Positions 1-8,713 of a stretch of DNA of 64,000 bases are shown here, in pieces. Source of the DNA: Nanobdellota archaeon. GTDB lineage: Archaea; Nanobdellota; Nanobdellia; Pacearchaeales; GW2011-AR1. The stretch spans positions 274,491 through 338,490 of the forward strand of contig JAUSIK010000008.1 of NCBI GenBank assembly GCA_030648155.1, given 5' to 3'. Under the pieces are notes generated by a model, which saw nothing but the letters and a program-made list of their open reading frames with translations, was not told the DNA's origin and made no database searches. The first letter of the stretch is position 1; each line of letters begins with the position of its first letter. Both the position numbers and the translations under genes were made by a program.

Positions 1-222
1 AAGAAATATCTAACATTGCAAACCTCTAGTCTAACCGCCATAGGATTATTTATGTTATCAATTTCTTTCTTTACTCTTAATCTCATCTATTCTACTATAA
101 TTGCATTATTTAATGGAACAATGTGGTTCTTACTATTTCTCCAAGGTTTAATTTATAGAGATTAATTGTTCCAACATTTTCAAATGCAAAATATTTAATT
201 ACCCCTTAACCTTGTTTCCAAT

Positions 223-1083
223 ATGAAAAAAAGAGGTTTCAAATTCTATGGCATAATTGGAATTATTCTTATCATATTAGTGGAAATAAACTTTTTCTTA
301 AAAATTCAACCATTCGCAAACTGGTATTTCCCAATAGTATGGCTTGGATATATTCTAACAATTGATGCACTCGTGTATAAAATAAAAGGTTCGTCTCTTC
401 TTTCCAATCGCCCTTATTCGTTTTTAGGAATGTTTATCATTTCCTCTTTATTTTGGTGGATATTTGAATTTACTAACATCTCACTAAATAATTGGTCTTA
501 TTCAGGTCTTGAAAATTATGCACAAAATCCCTCATCAAATAATATATTAAAAAACTTATTTGGAACACTTTCTTTTGCAACAGTTCTTCCAGCATTATTT
601 GAAACAGTTGAATTAATCCGCGCTATAGGCCTTTTTGAAAAAAAGAAATTAAGAAAAAAACATAACATCACTAAGCATTTTCTATATACTCTAATATCTC
701 TAGGCATTTTATGTTTCATCCTTCCGATATTTTTCCCTGAATTTACTTTTCCATTAATTTGGCTCGCATTTTTCTTTCTGTTAGATCCAATTAATTATAT
801 CCACAAACAGCCGTCCATTATTCGCCATCTTAAAGACAAGAAACTTGCAATACCCTTATCTCTTCTCCTTGCAGGAATAATTCTTGGTTTCTTTTGGGAA
901 TTCTGGAATTATTGGGCAATCCCTAAATGGACTTATCATATTCCATTTGTAGATTTCTTTAAAGTATTTGAAATGCCAGTTCTAGGATATCTAGGTTACT
1001 TTCCATTTGCATTTGAATTATATTCAATGTATTGGTTTATCCGTTCCCTTTTTATAAAATCAGAATACTTATTGATAAGATAA
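223..1083 (+). CDS. Multi-pass membrane protein with internally duplicated W..E..N...W.Y motif; function unknown
   Basis: 286 aa, about 8 hydrophobic segments; two similar halves FWWIFEFTNISLNNWSY and FFWEFWNYWAIPKWTY. Confidence 0.65.
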   Translation: MKKRGFKFYGIIGIILIILVEINFFLKIQPFANWYFPIVWLGYILTIDALVYKIKGSSLLSNRPYSFLGMFIISSLFWWIFEFTNISLNNWSYSGLENYAQNPSSNNILKNLFGTLSFATVLPALFETVELIRAIGLFEKKKLRKKHNITKHFLYTLISLGILCFILPIFFPEFTFPLIWLAFFFLLDPINYIHKQPSIIRHLKDKKLAIPLSLLLAGIILGFFWEFWNYWAIPKWTYHIPFVDFFKVFEMPVLGYLGYFPFAFELYSMYWFIRSLFIKSEYLLIR

Positions 1084-1143
1084 TGGTAAAAAAACTCCGA
1101 CTTTACAACTTTAATGAGCGGAAATTAAATTAACTTAAAAATA

Positions 1144-1506
1144 TTAGTCAATTTTAACCTTTGTCCTAAAATATTCTTGAGTAGTCCTTATACAATCTAA
1201 ACTATCCAAATTAAATTTAAACGTGCCACCCATTCCTATCTGTCCTATTTCTATAAGTTCGCCCTTTGAATTATACAAAGATACAAAAGCACTATCTGGG
1301 CCTCTCCCCCACACTTCTTTATAATATATTTTTTCCCCAGATGAATTTTGCTCACATACAAAATAGTAATGACCAGTTCCATCATCTCCAACATCCCCCC
1401 CTATTATTGGAAAACTTTCATTATTAATAAATAACTCAAAAATAATAAAATAGCCAATAAGCATTATCCCAATAATTAACATTAAAAACAACATTTTCCT
1501 AGCCAT
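1144..1506 (-). CDS. Hypothetical protein with N-terminal membrane anchor
   Basis: 120-aa ORF with N-terminal hydrophobic helix and upstream TATA-like sequence. Confidence 0.55.
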   Translation of the reverse strand: MARKMLFLMLIIGIMLIGYFIIFELFINNESFPIIGGDVGDDGTGHYYFVCEQNSSGEKIYYKEVWGRGPDSAFVSLYNSKGELIEIGQIGMGGTFKFNLDSLDCIRTTQEYFRTKVKID

Positions 1507-1553
1507 TCAAACTATTATTGCTCTAGATATATAAATTTTGCTTTGTCATTAAT

Positions 1554-1721
1554 TTAAACAGCAGGCCAAATAACCTTCAAGATAGTTACAAAAATAACTA
1601 TCGCCACTATAAAACCAATAACCTGTCCTGGACTAACCATGAATCTGCTTTTATATTCCTCATCATACCTCATTAGTCCGCCGAAAGCTCCACCCGGCAT
1701 TGATATTTTATTGTCAGCCAT
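1554..1721 (-). CDS. secG: Preprotein translocase subunit Sec61-beta (not in ORF track)
   Basis: Manual translation MADNKISMPGGAFGGLMRYDEEYKSRFMVSPGQVIGFIVAIVIFVTILKVIWPAV (55 aa); GGLMRY..E...(I/V)SP..V signature plus C-terminal TM helix. Confidence 0.88.
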   Translation of the reverse strand: MADNKISMPGGAFGGLMRYDEEYKSRFMVSPGQVIGFIVAIVIFVTILKVIWPAV

Positions 1722-1751
1722 ATTTTTATTATTAATTCCAGCTATAAAAAT

Positions 1752-2372
1752 CTATCTATTTTTTATTTCATCCAACAATTCATTCTTTCTTTTTCTACTC
1801 GTATAACTCTTACCAAACCTAACTAAAGTAGGATTTACCATATTCCAATATTTCCTTAGAAATAAATTTTCTAAATCCCCCTCTATCTTTTTCTGATCTT
1901 TATGTTTAGTCCAGCCTAATTTTTGAGATATATAAGAAACATGTGTATCTATTCCAATATTATCTCCGCCTAATTCGGAAAGGAAAACGTTAGCCGTTTT
2001 TCTTCCAACTCCAGGTAATTTTACTAATTCTTCAAAATCCAAAGGTACCTCCCCATTATAATTCCTAACAAGAACTTTAGCACAATTAATAATACTTTTA
2101 GATTTATTTTTATAAAAATTTACAGGTTTAATGATCTTTTGTATATCTCCAATTTCTGCCTTAGCAAGTTTACCTAGACTATTGTATTCCCTAAATAAAT
2201 TTGTAGCTGTAGGAATAGTTACCTCATCCCTTGTTCTAGCAGACATTATAGTAGATATCAAAATTTTCCATGGTTTATCCCATTCTTCAGCCGCTAATCT
2301 AATTTCCTTTAAAGAACCTAATTTTTTCAGTTCCATTAGCTGTCTTAAGGCTTTTTCTCTATCAATCCCCAT
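1752..2372 (-). CDS. nth: Endonuclease III-like HhH-GPD DNA glycosylase lacking the 4Fe-4S motif
   Basis: LISTIMSARTRDE, HhH LPGVGRKTANV (catalytic K), IDTHV (catalytic D); no C-terminal Cys cluster. Confidence 0.85.
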   Translation of the reverse strand: MGIDREKALRQLMELKKLGSLKEIRLAAEEWDKPWKILISTIMSARTRDEVTIPTATNLFREYNSLGKLAKAEIGDIQKIIKPVNFYKNKSKSIINCAKVLVRNYNGEVPLDFEELVKLPGVGRKTANVFLSELGGDNIGIDTHVSYISQKLGWTKHKDQKKIEGDLENLFLRKYWNMVNPTLVRFGKSYTSRKRKNELLDEIKNR

Positions 2373-2426
2373 CTAAACCACTATTAATCAAAATTTAAAT
2401 TCCTATCGATTGCTATTTCTTTCCTA

Positions 2427-2699
2427 TTAAAATCTCTTATACCCGAATTTTCTATGATCTATAGCCAATAAATAAACCTTTTTTTCCTCTTCATCAATCC
2501 TAAAAATAAGTCTAAACTTCCTTATAATTCTAGTAGCTTTAAATCCATGTAAATCTCCTGATAAAAATCCGCCGATACTAAGTGGATCTTCTTTTAATTT
2601 CTGTATTTTTTTATCCAATGCATCAACAAAAGCTTTATCCCTACTATATTTTTTAAAAGCCAAGGAAAATTCATCTGTTCTAACTACGCTCCAAAGCAT
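2427..2699 (-). CDS. RelE/ParE-family toxin
   Basis: 90 aa basic; LSGDLHGFKATRI..FRLIFRIDEEEKKVYLLAIDHR; directly downstream of a small acidic ORF. Confidence 0.8.
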   Translation of the reverse strand: MLWSVVRTDEFSLAFKKYSRDKAFVDALDKKIQKLKEDPLSIGGFLSGDLHGFKATRIIRKFRLIFRIDEEEKKVYLLAIDHRKFGYKRF

Positions 2700-2700
2700 A

Positions 2701-2904
2701 TTATATATCTCGAACTGAATCTACCTCTTTTACATGTCCCTTCAATATATCTTCCTCACTTCTATTTATTTGAGACATAGTATCCTCGTTAGAAAGTATT
2801 TCCAAAGTAGTTAAAATCTTTTTTAGCTCTTTCTTAGTAATCATAGCTTCTTCTATTTTTTTTAACTCTCTATAAACATCTTCTAAATTGATTGTTTTTT
2901 CCAT
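2701..2904 (-). CDS. Putative antitoxin of the RelE toxin
   Basis: 67 aa acidic; C-terminal TLEILSNEDTMSQINRSEEDILKG resembles RelB/Phd-type tails; 1 nt from the toxin start. Confidence 0.65.
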   Translation of the reverse strand: MEKTINLEDVYRELKKIEEAMITKKELKKILTTLEILSNEDTMSQINRSEEDILKGHVKEVDSVRDI

Positions 2905-2946
2905 ATTAATTTATATTAATCGCAATTTAAATAATTATCGATCCAG

Positions 2947-2976
2947 CGAATTCGGCGCTTCGCGCCTAGTTAACTA
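2947..2976. repeat. Three abutting palindromes/hairpin in an intergenic region
   Basis: CGAATTCG (2947-2954), GGCGC-TTC-GCGCC (2954-2966), TAGTTAACTA (2967-2976); GC-rich within an AT-rich spacer. Confidence 0.5.
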
Positions 2977-3011
2977 TTGTGGCTATTTTTTAGAATGAAT
3001 ACAGCCAAAAT

Positions 3012-3638
3012 CTACCTTCTAGTCAAATTATAAGTTGAAATCTCTATAATCCAAATCGCTATTAAATAAATCCAGCTCAAATCAGAAATATTCCAAGCGA
3101 TTAGCGTAGTAGCCAAAACTCCAGCTAAGTGAATATACTTAAATCCTTTCTTTAATCCTAAAATCATCGGCAAAGTCTTTAATCCTTCAACCCTATCTTT
3201 CTGAGCATCCCTAATATCTCCAAGTAAATTCCTAACAATAACAATACCTACAATCATCCATATTAAGGGGGTATAATACCCCATTATCCCTCCAACTAAA
3301 AATAAGTACTGCATTCCTCTAAACAAAGGAGCAAATATTCCAAAATAACCGCCATTTTTTAAAGCATAAAGAAAACTGAAAGCTAAAAAGCCTATAGATT
3401 CTATATGGCCGTACAATATTAATCCAGGAATAATAAATAATAGGCATAACCACAAAGGCACATTTTCCCTATATCCATGTCTATGCTTGCTTTCAAGGAA
3501 AGCCAAAAATCCAATATGTAATAAAACTCCTCCTATAAGTTCCTCTCTGTCCGCCCCTGCAGCATAGAGCAATAATATTAAATCAATCAAAGAATAAATT
3601 CTTAATTGGCCTATATAATCTAATAATTTATTTTTCAC
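3012..3638 (-). CDS. UbiA-family prenyltransferase-like membrane protein
   Basis: Polytopic; RNLLGDIRDAQKDRVEGLKTLP matches the second Asp-rich UbiA motif; first motif degenerate. Confidence 0.65.
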   Translation of the reverse strand: MKNKLLDYIGQLRIYSLIDLILLLYAAGADREELIGGVLLHIGFLAFLESKHRHGYRENVPLWLCLLFIIPGLILYGHIESIGFLAFSFLYALKNGGYFGIFAPLFRGMQYLFLVGGIMGYYTPLIWMIVGIVIVRNLLGDIRDAQKDRVEGLKTLPMILGLKKGFKYIHLAGVLATTLIAWNISDLSWIYLIAIWIIEISTYNLTRR

Positions 3639-3720
3639 ATATAAACTAAAAATTACCCCTTTTTAACCTTTAGGGATTGCCAACCCTAAACTTTAAAATG
3701 CTCCTTCTCCTAGAAAAAAC

Positions 3721-6060
3721 ATGCCCGACTTAGATTTTAAAGCAATTGAATCCCAAATATTAAAATTGTGGGAAAAAGAAAAAGTCTATAGTTTTAATCC
3801 TAAGTCAAAGAAAAAAATCTTCTCAATTGATACCCCCCCGCCAACAGTATCTGGTAAAATGCACGTTGGTCATTCATTTTCATATTCACAGCAAGACTTT
3901 ATTGCCCGTTTCAAAAGAATGTCTGGTTTTGAAGTTTTTTATCCTTTTGGAACAGATGACAACGGGCTTCCAACAGAAAGATTAATTGAAAAAACAAAAA
4001 ACGTAAAGTCTAAATCAATGTCGAGAGCAGATTTTATATCTCTTTGTTTAAAGACATTAAAAGAAATAACTCCAGATTTTGTTCAAGATTGGAAAAATCT
4101 AGGAATATCCTGCGATTATAACCTTGCTTATTCAACAATAGATAAAAATTCCCAAAAGATTTCACAACAGTCATTTATCGACCTTTATAAAAAAGGCCGT
4201 ATATATAGAGAAAAATTTCCAACAATATACTGCCCAGAATGTCAAACACCAGTAGCTCAAGCAGAATTAGAAGATAAACAAAAATCTGCATTTTTTACAA
4301 CCTTAAAATTTAAAGTTCAAAACCAAGACTTGCCAATAGCTACAACAAGGCCCGAACTTTTAGGGGCTTGTGTTGCAGTTTTTGTAAATCCTGAAGATAA
4401 ACGTTATAAAAATTTTATTGGAAAAAAAGCAATAGTCCCTTTGTTTAACCACGAGGTTCCAATTATTGCAGATAATTCAGCACAAATAGAAAAAGGAACA
4501 GGTGTTTTAATGATTTGTTCATACGGAGATAAATACGATGTTGAAGCAATAAAGCGCCATAAATTAACGCCAAGAATAATATTAAACAAAGAAGGAAAAT
4601 TAACAATTTCACCATTTCAAAATATTCCAATTAAATCTGCAAGAAACAAAATATTGGAGACTTTAAAAAATAATAACTTAATTATTGAGCAAAAAACAAT
4701 TGAGCACTCAGTAAATGTTCATGATAAATGTGGAACTGAAATTGAATTTATTCCATTAGAAGCATGGTTCATTAAAATTTTGGACAAAAAGCTGCAATTA
4801 ATCGCGCAAGGAAAAAAAATAAAGTGGCATCCAGAACATATGTTTAAGCGATATGAAAATTGGATTCAAGGCCTTGAATGGGATTGGTCTATTTCAAGAG
4901 ATAGACACTTTGGCATACCTATTCCAGTATGGATATGTGAAAAATGTAATGAAATTCTTATCCCAAAAGAATCAGATCTGCCAATAGACCCAATTCAAAT
5001 AAAGAAAGACTGTCCAAAATGTAAATCTCCAGCACAAGCCGAAACAAAAGTTCTCGATACTTGGGCTACTTCATCTTTAACCCCTCAATTGGGCTCTTCT
5101 TTAGTAAACAATAAAATAAAAATCCCATATTCATTGCGACCACAAAGCCATGATATAATAAGAACTTGGGGATTTTATACGATTGCAAAATCTCTTCTAC
5201 ATGAAAATCAAATCCCATGGAAAGAAATAGCAATATCTGGTTTTGTAACGCTTGGAGGAGAAAAAATGTCTAAGTCAAAAGGAAATGTTATATCTCCGCA
5301 AACAATAATGGATAACTATGGTTCAGATGCACTAAGATACTGGGCGTCTACCTCAAAATTAGGAGAGGATCTAGACTATCAAGAAAAAGATATTATTACT
5401 GGAAAGAAATTTATAAATAAAATACTAAATGCAACAAAATTTGTATTTATGAATTTGCAATACCAAAAAACACAGCCTAAATTAATAGAGACGGATCGCC
5501 TATTCTTAAGCCACTTAAATAATATAATTAAATCCACAACCGAATCTTTTGAAGAATATAACTATTCAAAAGCAAAATTAGATGCAGATTCCTTTTTTTG
5601 GAAATCTTTTGCAGATAATTATCTAGAAATAATTAAAAATAGAGTTTATCAAGGAACTGAAGAAGAAAAAGCTTCAGCTTTTTACACACTCTACCATTCG
5701 CTCTTAACTATCCTAAAATTATATGCTCCTTTAACTCCTTTTATCACAGAGCATCTTTATCAAGAATATTTAAAACAGTATGAAAAAATTTCATCTATTC
5801 ATATATCTCCTTGGCCTGTTCAAATAAAAATAAAGACACAAAAATCCGACCAAGAGTCCTGGATATCTCTAATTGAAACATTATCCAAGATCCGCCAAGC
5901 CAAGTCAGAGGCAAAGAAATCAATGAATTCACCTATAATTCTCTCGCTTCCAAAAGAGACTCTAAAATCCCTTTCCCCCTGCATTGCAGATCTAAAAGCA
6001 GTTACAGCCTCACAAAAAATTAATGAGGGTGAGTTCAAAGTAGAGTTCGCTCAAAAATAA
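3721..6060 (+). CDS. valS: Valine-tRNA ligase (archaeal type)
   Basis: DTPPPTVSGKMHVGH (HIGH), KMSKS, TTRPELL editing domain, DWSISRDR. Confidence 0.97.
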   Translation: MPDLDFKAIESQILKLWEKEKVYSFNPKSKKKIFSIDTPPPTVSGKMHVGHSFSYSQQDFIARFKRMSGFEVFYPFGTDDNGLPTERLIEKTKNVKSKSMSRADFISLCLKTLKEITPDFVQDWKNLGISCDYNLAYSTIDKNSQKISQQSFIDLYKKGRIYREKFPTIYCPECQTPVAQAELEDKQKSAFFTTLKFKVQNQDLPIATTRPELLGACVAVFVNPEDKRYKNFIGKKAIVPLFNHEVPIIADNSAQIEKGTGVLMICSYGDKYDVEAIKRHKLTPRIILNKEGKLTISPFQNIPIKSARNKILETLKNNNLIIEQKTIEHSVNVHDKCGTEIEFIPLEAWFIKILDKKLQLIAQGKKIKWHPEHMFKRYENWIQGLEWDWSISRDRHFGIPIPVWICEKCNEILIPKESDLPIDPIQIKKDCPKCKSPAQAETKVLDTWATSSLTPQLGSSLVNNKIKIPYSLRPQSHDIIRTWGFYTIAKSLLHENQIPWKEIAISGFVTLGGEKMSKSKGNVISPQTIMDNYGSDALRYWASTSKLGEDLDYQEKDIITGKKFINKILNATKFVFMNLQYQKTQPKLIETDRLFLSHLNNIIKSTTESFEEYNYSKAKLDADSFFWKSFADNYLEIIKNRVYQGTEEEKASAFYTLYHSLLTILKLYAPLTPFITEHLYQEYLKQYEKISSIHISPWPVQIKIKTQKSDQESWISLIETLSKIRQAKSEAKKSMNSPIILSLPKETLKSLSPCIADLKAVTASQKINEGEFKVEFAQK

Positions 6061-6062
6061 TA

Positions 6063-6141
6063 GTTTCACTTGAAACCTAGCCTTAGTTTCATTTGAACCA
6101 TAAAGCTTATATATTCTAAAAATATAGTTTCAAATATGAAA
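6063..6141 (+). promoter_or_regulatory. Promoter with three GTTTCA-N2-4-TGAA(A/C) inverted repeats (putative HEPN-MNT operator)
   Basis: GTTTCActTGAAAC 6063-6076, GTTTCAttTGAACC 6086-6099, GTTTCAaataTGAAA 6127-6141; TATA-like CTTATATA at 6106-6113. Confidence 0.55.
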
Positions 6142-6534
6142 ATAGAAAGCCATTTAGAAAACCTCAAAGAAAGTCTTGCTGTAATAGAAGAAAGTATAAT
6201 AAAAGGTCTTTTAGAAAGACAAAGAACTATAGGATTTCATACTTCGGCGGCAAGCGTAGACTTATTAGAGATCCTATTGCATAAAGGTAGTCTAATTGAT
6301 CCTGGCTTTATCATAAAACATGAATGGCTAAAATCAAAAAATACTATAGAAGAAAAATTTCCCTTTGATTTTTCAAAAAAACAAGAAATTTTAGAATTAA
6401 TCTATAAAATAGAAGAAAAAAGAAATATCCTCTGCTACGGCAAACCACAAAAAATAGAAACTATTCAAGAAGTTTTAAATAATTTTAATCAACTGAAAAA
6501 GTTGTTTAAGGAGGCAGGAATTAATGAAATCTGA
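6136..6534 (+). CDS. HEPN-domain protein (putative toxin)
   Basis: 132 aa helical; EKRNILCYG resembles the HEPN R-x4-6-H/Y motif; overlaps the MNT gene. Confidence 0.65.
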   Translation: MKIESHLENLKESLAVIEESIIKGLLERQRTIGFHTSAASVDLLEILLHKGSLIDPGFIIKHEWLKSKNTIEEKFPFDFSKKQEILELIYKIEEKRNILCYGKPQKIETIQEVLNNFNQLKKLFKEAGINEI

Positions 6535-7138
6535 GTTAATAGCCTATGCAATAGATTTTGTATCATTTTTAATACAAAAAATAAAAGAAAAATCAGAAAT
6601 AAAACAAATAATTCTATTTGGATCTGTATCGAGGGAAGAAGCACAATCTAATAGTGATATAGATATTTTTATTGATGTAATAAAAGAAGATAAATCTCTT
6701 GAAAAAAAAATAGAAAAAATCCTAGATAATTTTAAAGAATCAACAAAATATAAAAATTATTGGAAGCCTTTAGGTATAGAAAATGAAATAAGCTTAAAGA
6801 TAGGGCAATTAGAAAAATGGCCTAGTCTTAAATCAAGTATGATCTCAAATGGAATTACTATATATGGTAAATTCAAACCAAAAATAACAGAAGGGAAGCA
6901 TAAAACCTTCTTTATATGGGAAAATGTTGCCCCAAATTCGAAAAGAGTATTATTCAATAAACAGCTCTTAGGATACAAACAAAAAGGAAAATTCTATCAA
7001 GGCCTATTGCAAAAATATCAAGGAGAAAGAATGGGAAAAGGGTGTATTTTAGTTCCATTAGAATATGCAGCTCAATTCCACCAATTATTTAAGAAATATA
7101 AGATAACCGTTAAAATTAAAAAAGTACTGGAGTATTAA
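6524..7138 (+). CDS. Minimal nucleotidyltransferase (MNT) with extra C-terminal domain
   Basis: ILFGSVSREEAQSNSDIDIFI = pol-beta NTase GS..R....SDID motif; about 80-aa C-terminal extension. Confidence 0.8.
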   Translation: MKSELIAYAIDFVSFLIQKIKEKSEIKQIILFGSVSREEAQSNSDIDIFIDVIKEDKSLEKKIEKILDNFKESTKYKNYWKPLGIENEISLKIGQLEKWPSLKSSMISNGITIYGKFKPKITEGKHKTFFIWENVAPNSKRVLFNKQLLGYKQKGKFYQGLLQKYQGERMGKGCILVPLEYAAQFHQLFKKYKITVKIKKVLEY

Positions 7139-7146
7139 AAACCCAA

Positions 7147-7845
7147 ATGAAAAGAAATCACATAATTATCAACTTTATCGCAATAATTATCCTTTTAATA
7201 TTAGGGGGATTATTCTTCTACGATAATTTCGTAAATATTGTAGAAAATAGAGACATATTAAAATCTTTCTTACTTCAATTTAAACTTCTAGCCCCAATTG
7301 TCTTAATAGTCTTTATAGCTCTTCAAGTCCTATTTGCCCCAATTCCAGGCCAGGCAGCAGGTCTAGTTTCAGGCTTTCTCTACGGTCCTATTCTAGGAAC
7401 ACTCTATAGTATGACAGGCCTCATCATAGGATCATATATTGCCTTTTTCCTATCAAGAAAATTCGGCCGGCCTCTAGTAGAAAAATTCGTTCATGCAGAT
7501 ACACTAAAAAAATTTGATCACTTCTCGCAAGAAAATGGCCTAATAGCATTATTCCTCATCTATCTTCTCCCGGTTCTTCCAGATGACGCAATCTGCTACA
7601 TTGCAGGATTAACTAAAATAAGAATGCGTATTCTCATGATAATTTCCACTATTGGAAGATTACCAGGATTCATTGTTCTTAATCTAGTTGGCTCAGGCCT
7701 AGCATCACAGACTTCTAAGAATTCACTAATTATATTTCTAGTATTTATGATAATCTCAATTATTTTATTCTTCTATAAAGATAAAATAGAAAAAATAATG
7801 ATAAAAATAATCAACAGATTCAAGCATAAATCAAACAATAATTAA
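7147..7845 (+). CDS. TVP38/TMEM64 (DedA/VTT) family membrane protein
   Basis: LQVLFAPIPGQ...GFLYGPILG...SRKFGR...LLPVLPDDAICYIAGLT. Confidence 0.9.
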   Translation: MKRNHIIINFIAIIILLILGGLFFYDNFVNIVENRDILKSFLLQFKLLAPIVLIVFIALQVLFAPIPGQAAGLVSGFLYGPILGTLYSMTGLIIGSYIAFFLSRKFGRPLVEKFVHADTLKKFDHFSQENGLIALFLIYLLPVLPDDAICYIAGLTKIRMRILMIISTIGRLPGFIVLNLVGSGLASQTSKNSLIIFLVFMIISIILFFYKDKIEKIMIKIINRFKHKSNNN

Positions 7846-8011
7846 ATATGTAAAAGAAGAAACTCCAACATCCGTAGATATTTTTAAAGAAAATGTTATT
7901 TTAGGAGTCTGGACAGAAAAGCCAATTGTAATCCTCTTAAAAGGAAAAGAAATTGCTGATTCTTTTAAAGTTTATTTTAACAATATATGGAAAATTGCAA
8001 GGAAAATTTAG
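7841..8011 (+). pseudogene. 5'-truncated remnant of a TrmB-like regulator C-terminal domain
   Basis: IKYVKEETPTSVDIFKENVILGVWTEKPIVILLKGKEIADSFKVYFNNIWKIARKI*; no in-frame ATG back to the stop at 7808-7810. Confidence 0.6.
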
Positions 8012-8091
8012 CAAGCTAGTTAATAGATTCAAACAAAAGGTTTAAATATAACTTAATATTATATAAATATAACTAAAAATATAATGAAAAA

Positions 8092-8295
8092 ATGAATATA
8101 GTAACAAAAACAAGAAAGCTGGGCGGATCATTGATTATAACAATACCAAAAGAATTAGTAAACGAACAAAATATTAGAGAAGATGAATTAATAGAAGTAA
8201 CTATTAAAAAAAAGAGAAAGGATTATTTTGGGGCCTTAAAAGGAATAGGTTCTTTTACTGAAGAAGATGAACTAAAAAGTCAATTGGACGAATGA
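8092..8295 (+). CDS. AbrB/MazE-type antitoxin (VapB)
   Basis: KTRKLGGSLIITIPKELV...IREDELIEV. Confidence 0.85.
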   Translation: MNIVTKTRKLGGSLIITIPKELVNEQNIREDELIEVTIKKKRKDYFGALKGIGSFTEEDELKSQLDE

Positions 8296-8672
8296 AATAT
8301 ATAATTGATTCTTACGGTTGGATAGAATATTTAAATGGTAGTTTGGTTGGAGAAAAAATAAATAAGATTCTAAAAGAGAATCATGAAATATATAGTGTTC
8401 AAATTTCTATAGCGGAAGTAGTAAGTAAGATAAAAAGAAAAAATGGGAATACTGAAATAGCCTACAATTCCATTATCTCTAATTCTAAAATAATTGAATT
8501 GACTCCTAAAATGTTAAAAGAGGCCGGTCTATTACATGCCGAAACAAGAAAAAAAATAGAAAATTTTGGACTAGTTGATGCAATGCTAATAATTGTAGCC
8601 AGAAACATTAGTGCAAAAATATTAACAAATGATTCTCATTTCAAAAATTTTAAAGAAGCAATTTTCCTTTAG
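8292..8672 (+). CDS. PIN-domain toxin (VapC)
   Basis: YIIDSYGWIEY, SIAEV, GLVDAML, ILTNDSHF; ATGA overlap with the antitoxin. Confidence 0.87.
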   Translation: MKYIIDSYGWIEYLNGSLVGEKINKILKENHEIYSVQISIAEVVSKIKRKNGNTEIAYNSIISNSKIIELTPKMLKEAGLLHAETRKKIENFGLVDAMLIIVARNISAKILTNDSHFKNFKEAIFL

Positions 8673-8713
8673 AAAATCCTAACCTTTATTAACCTTCTTT
8701 TCTCTCTCCAAAT

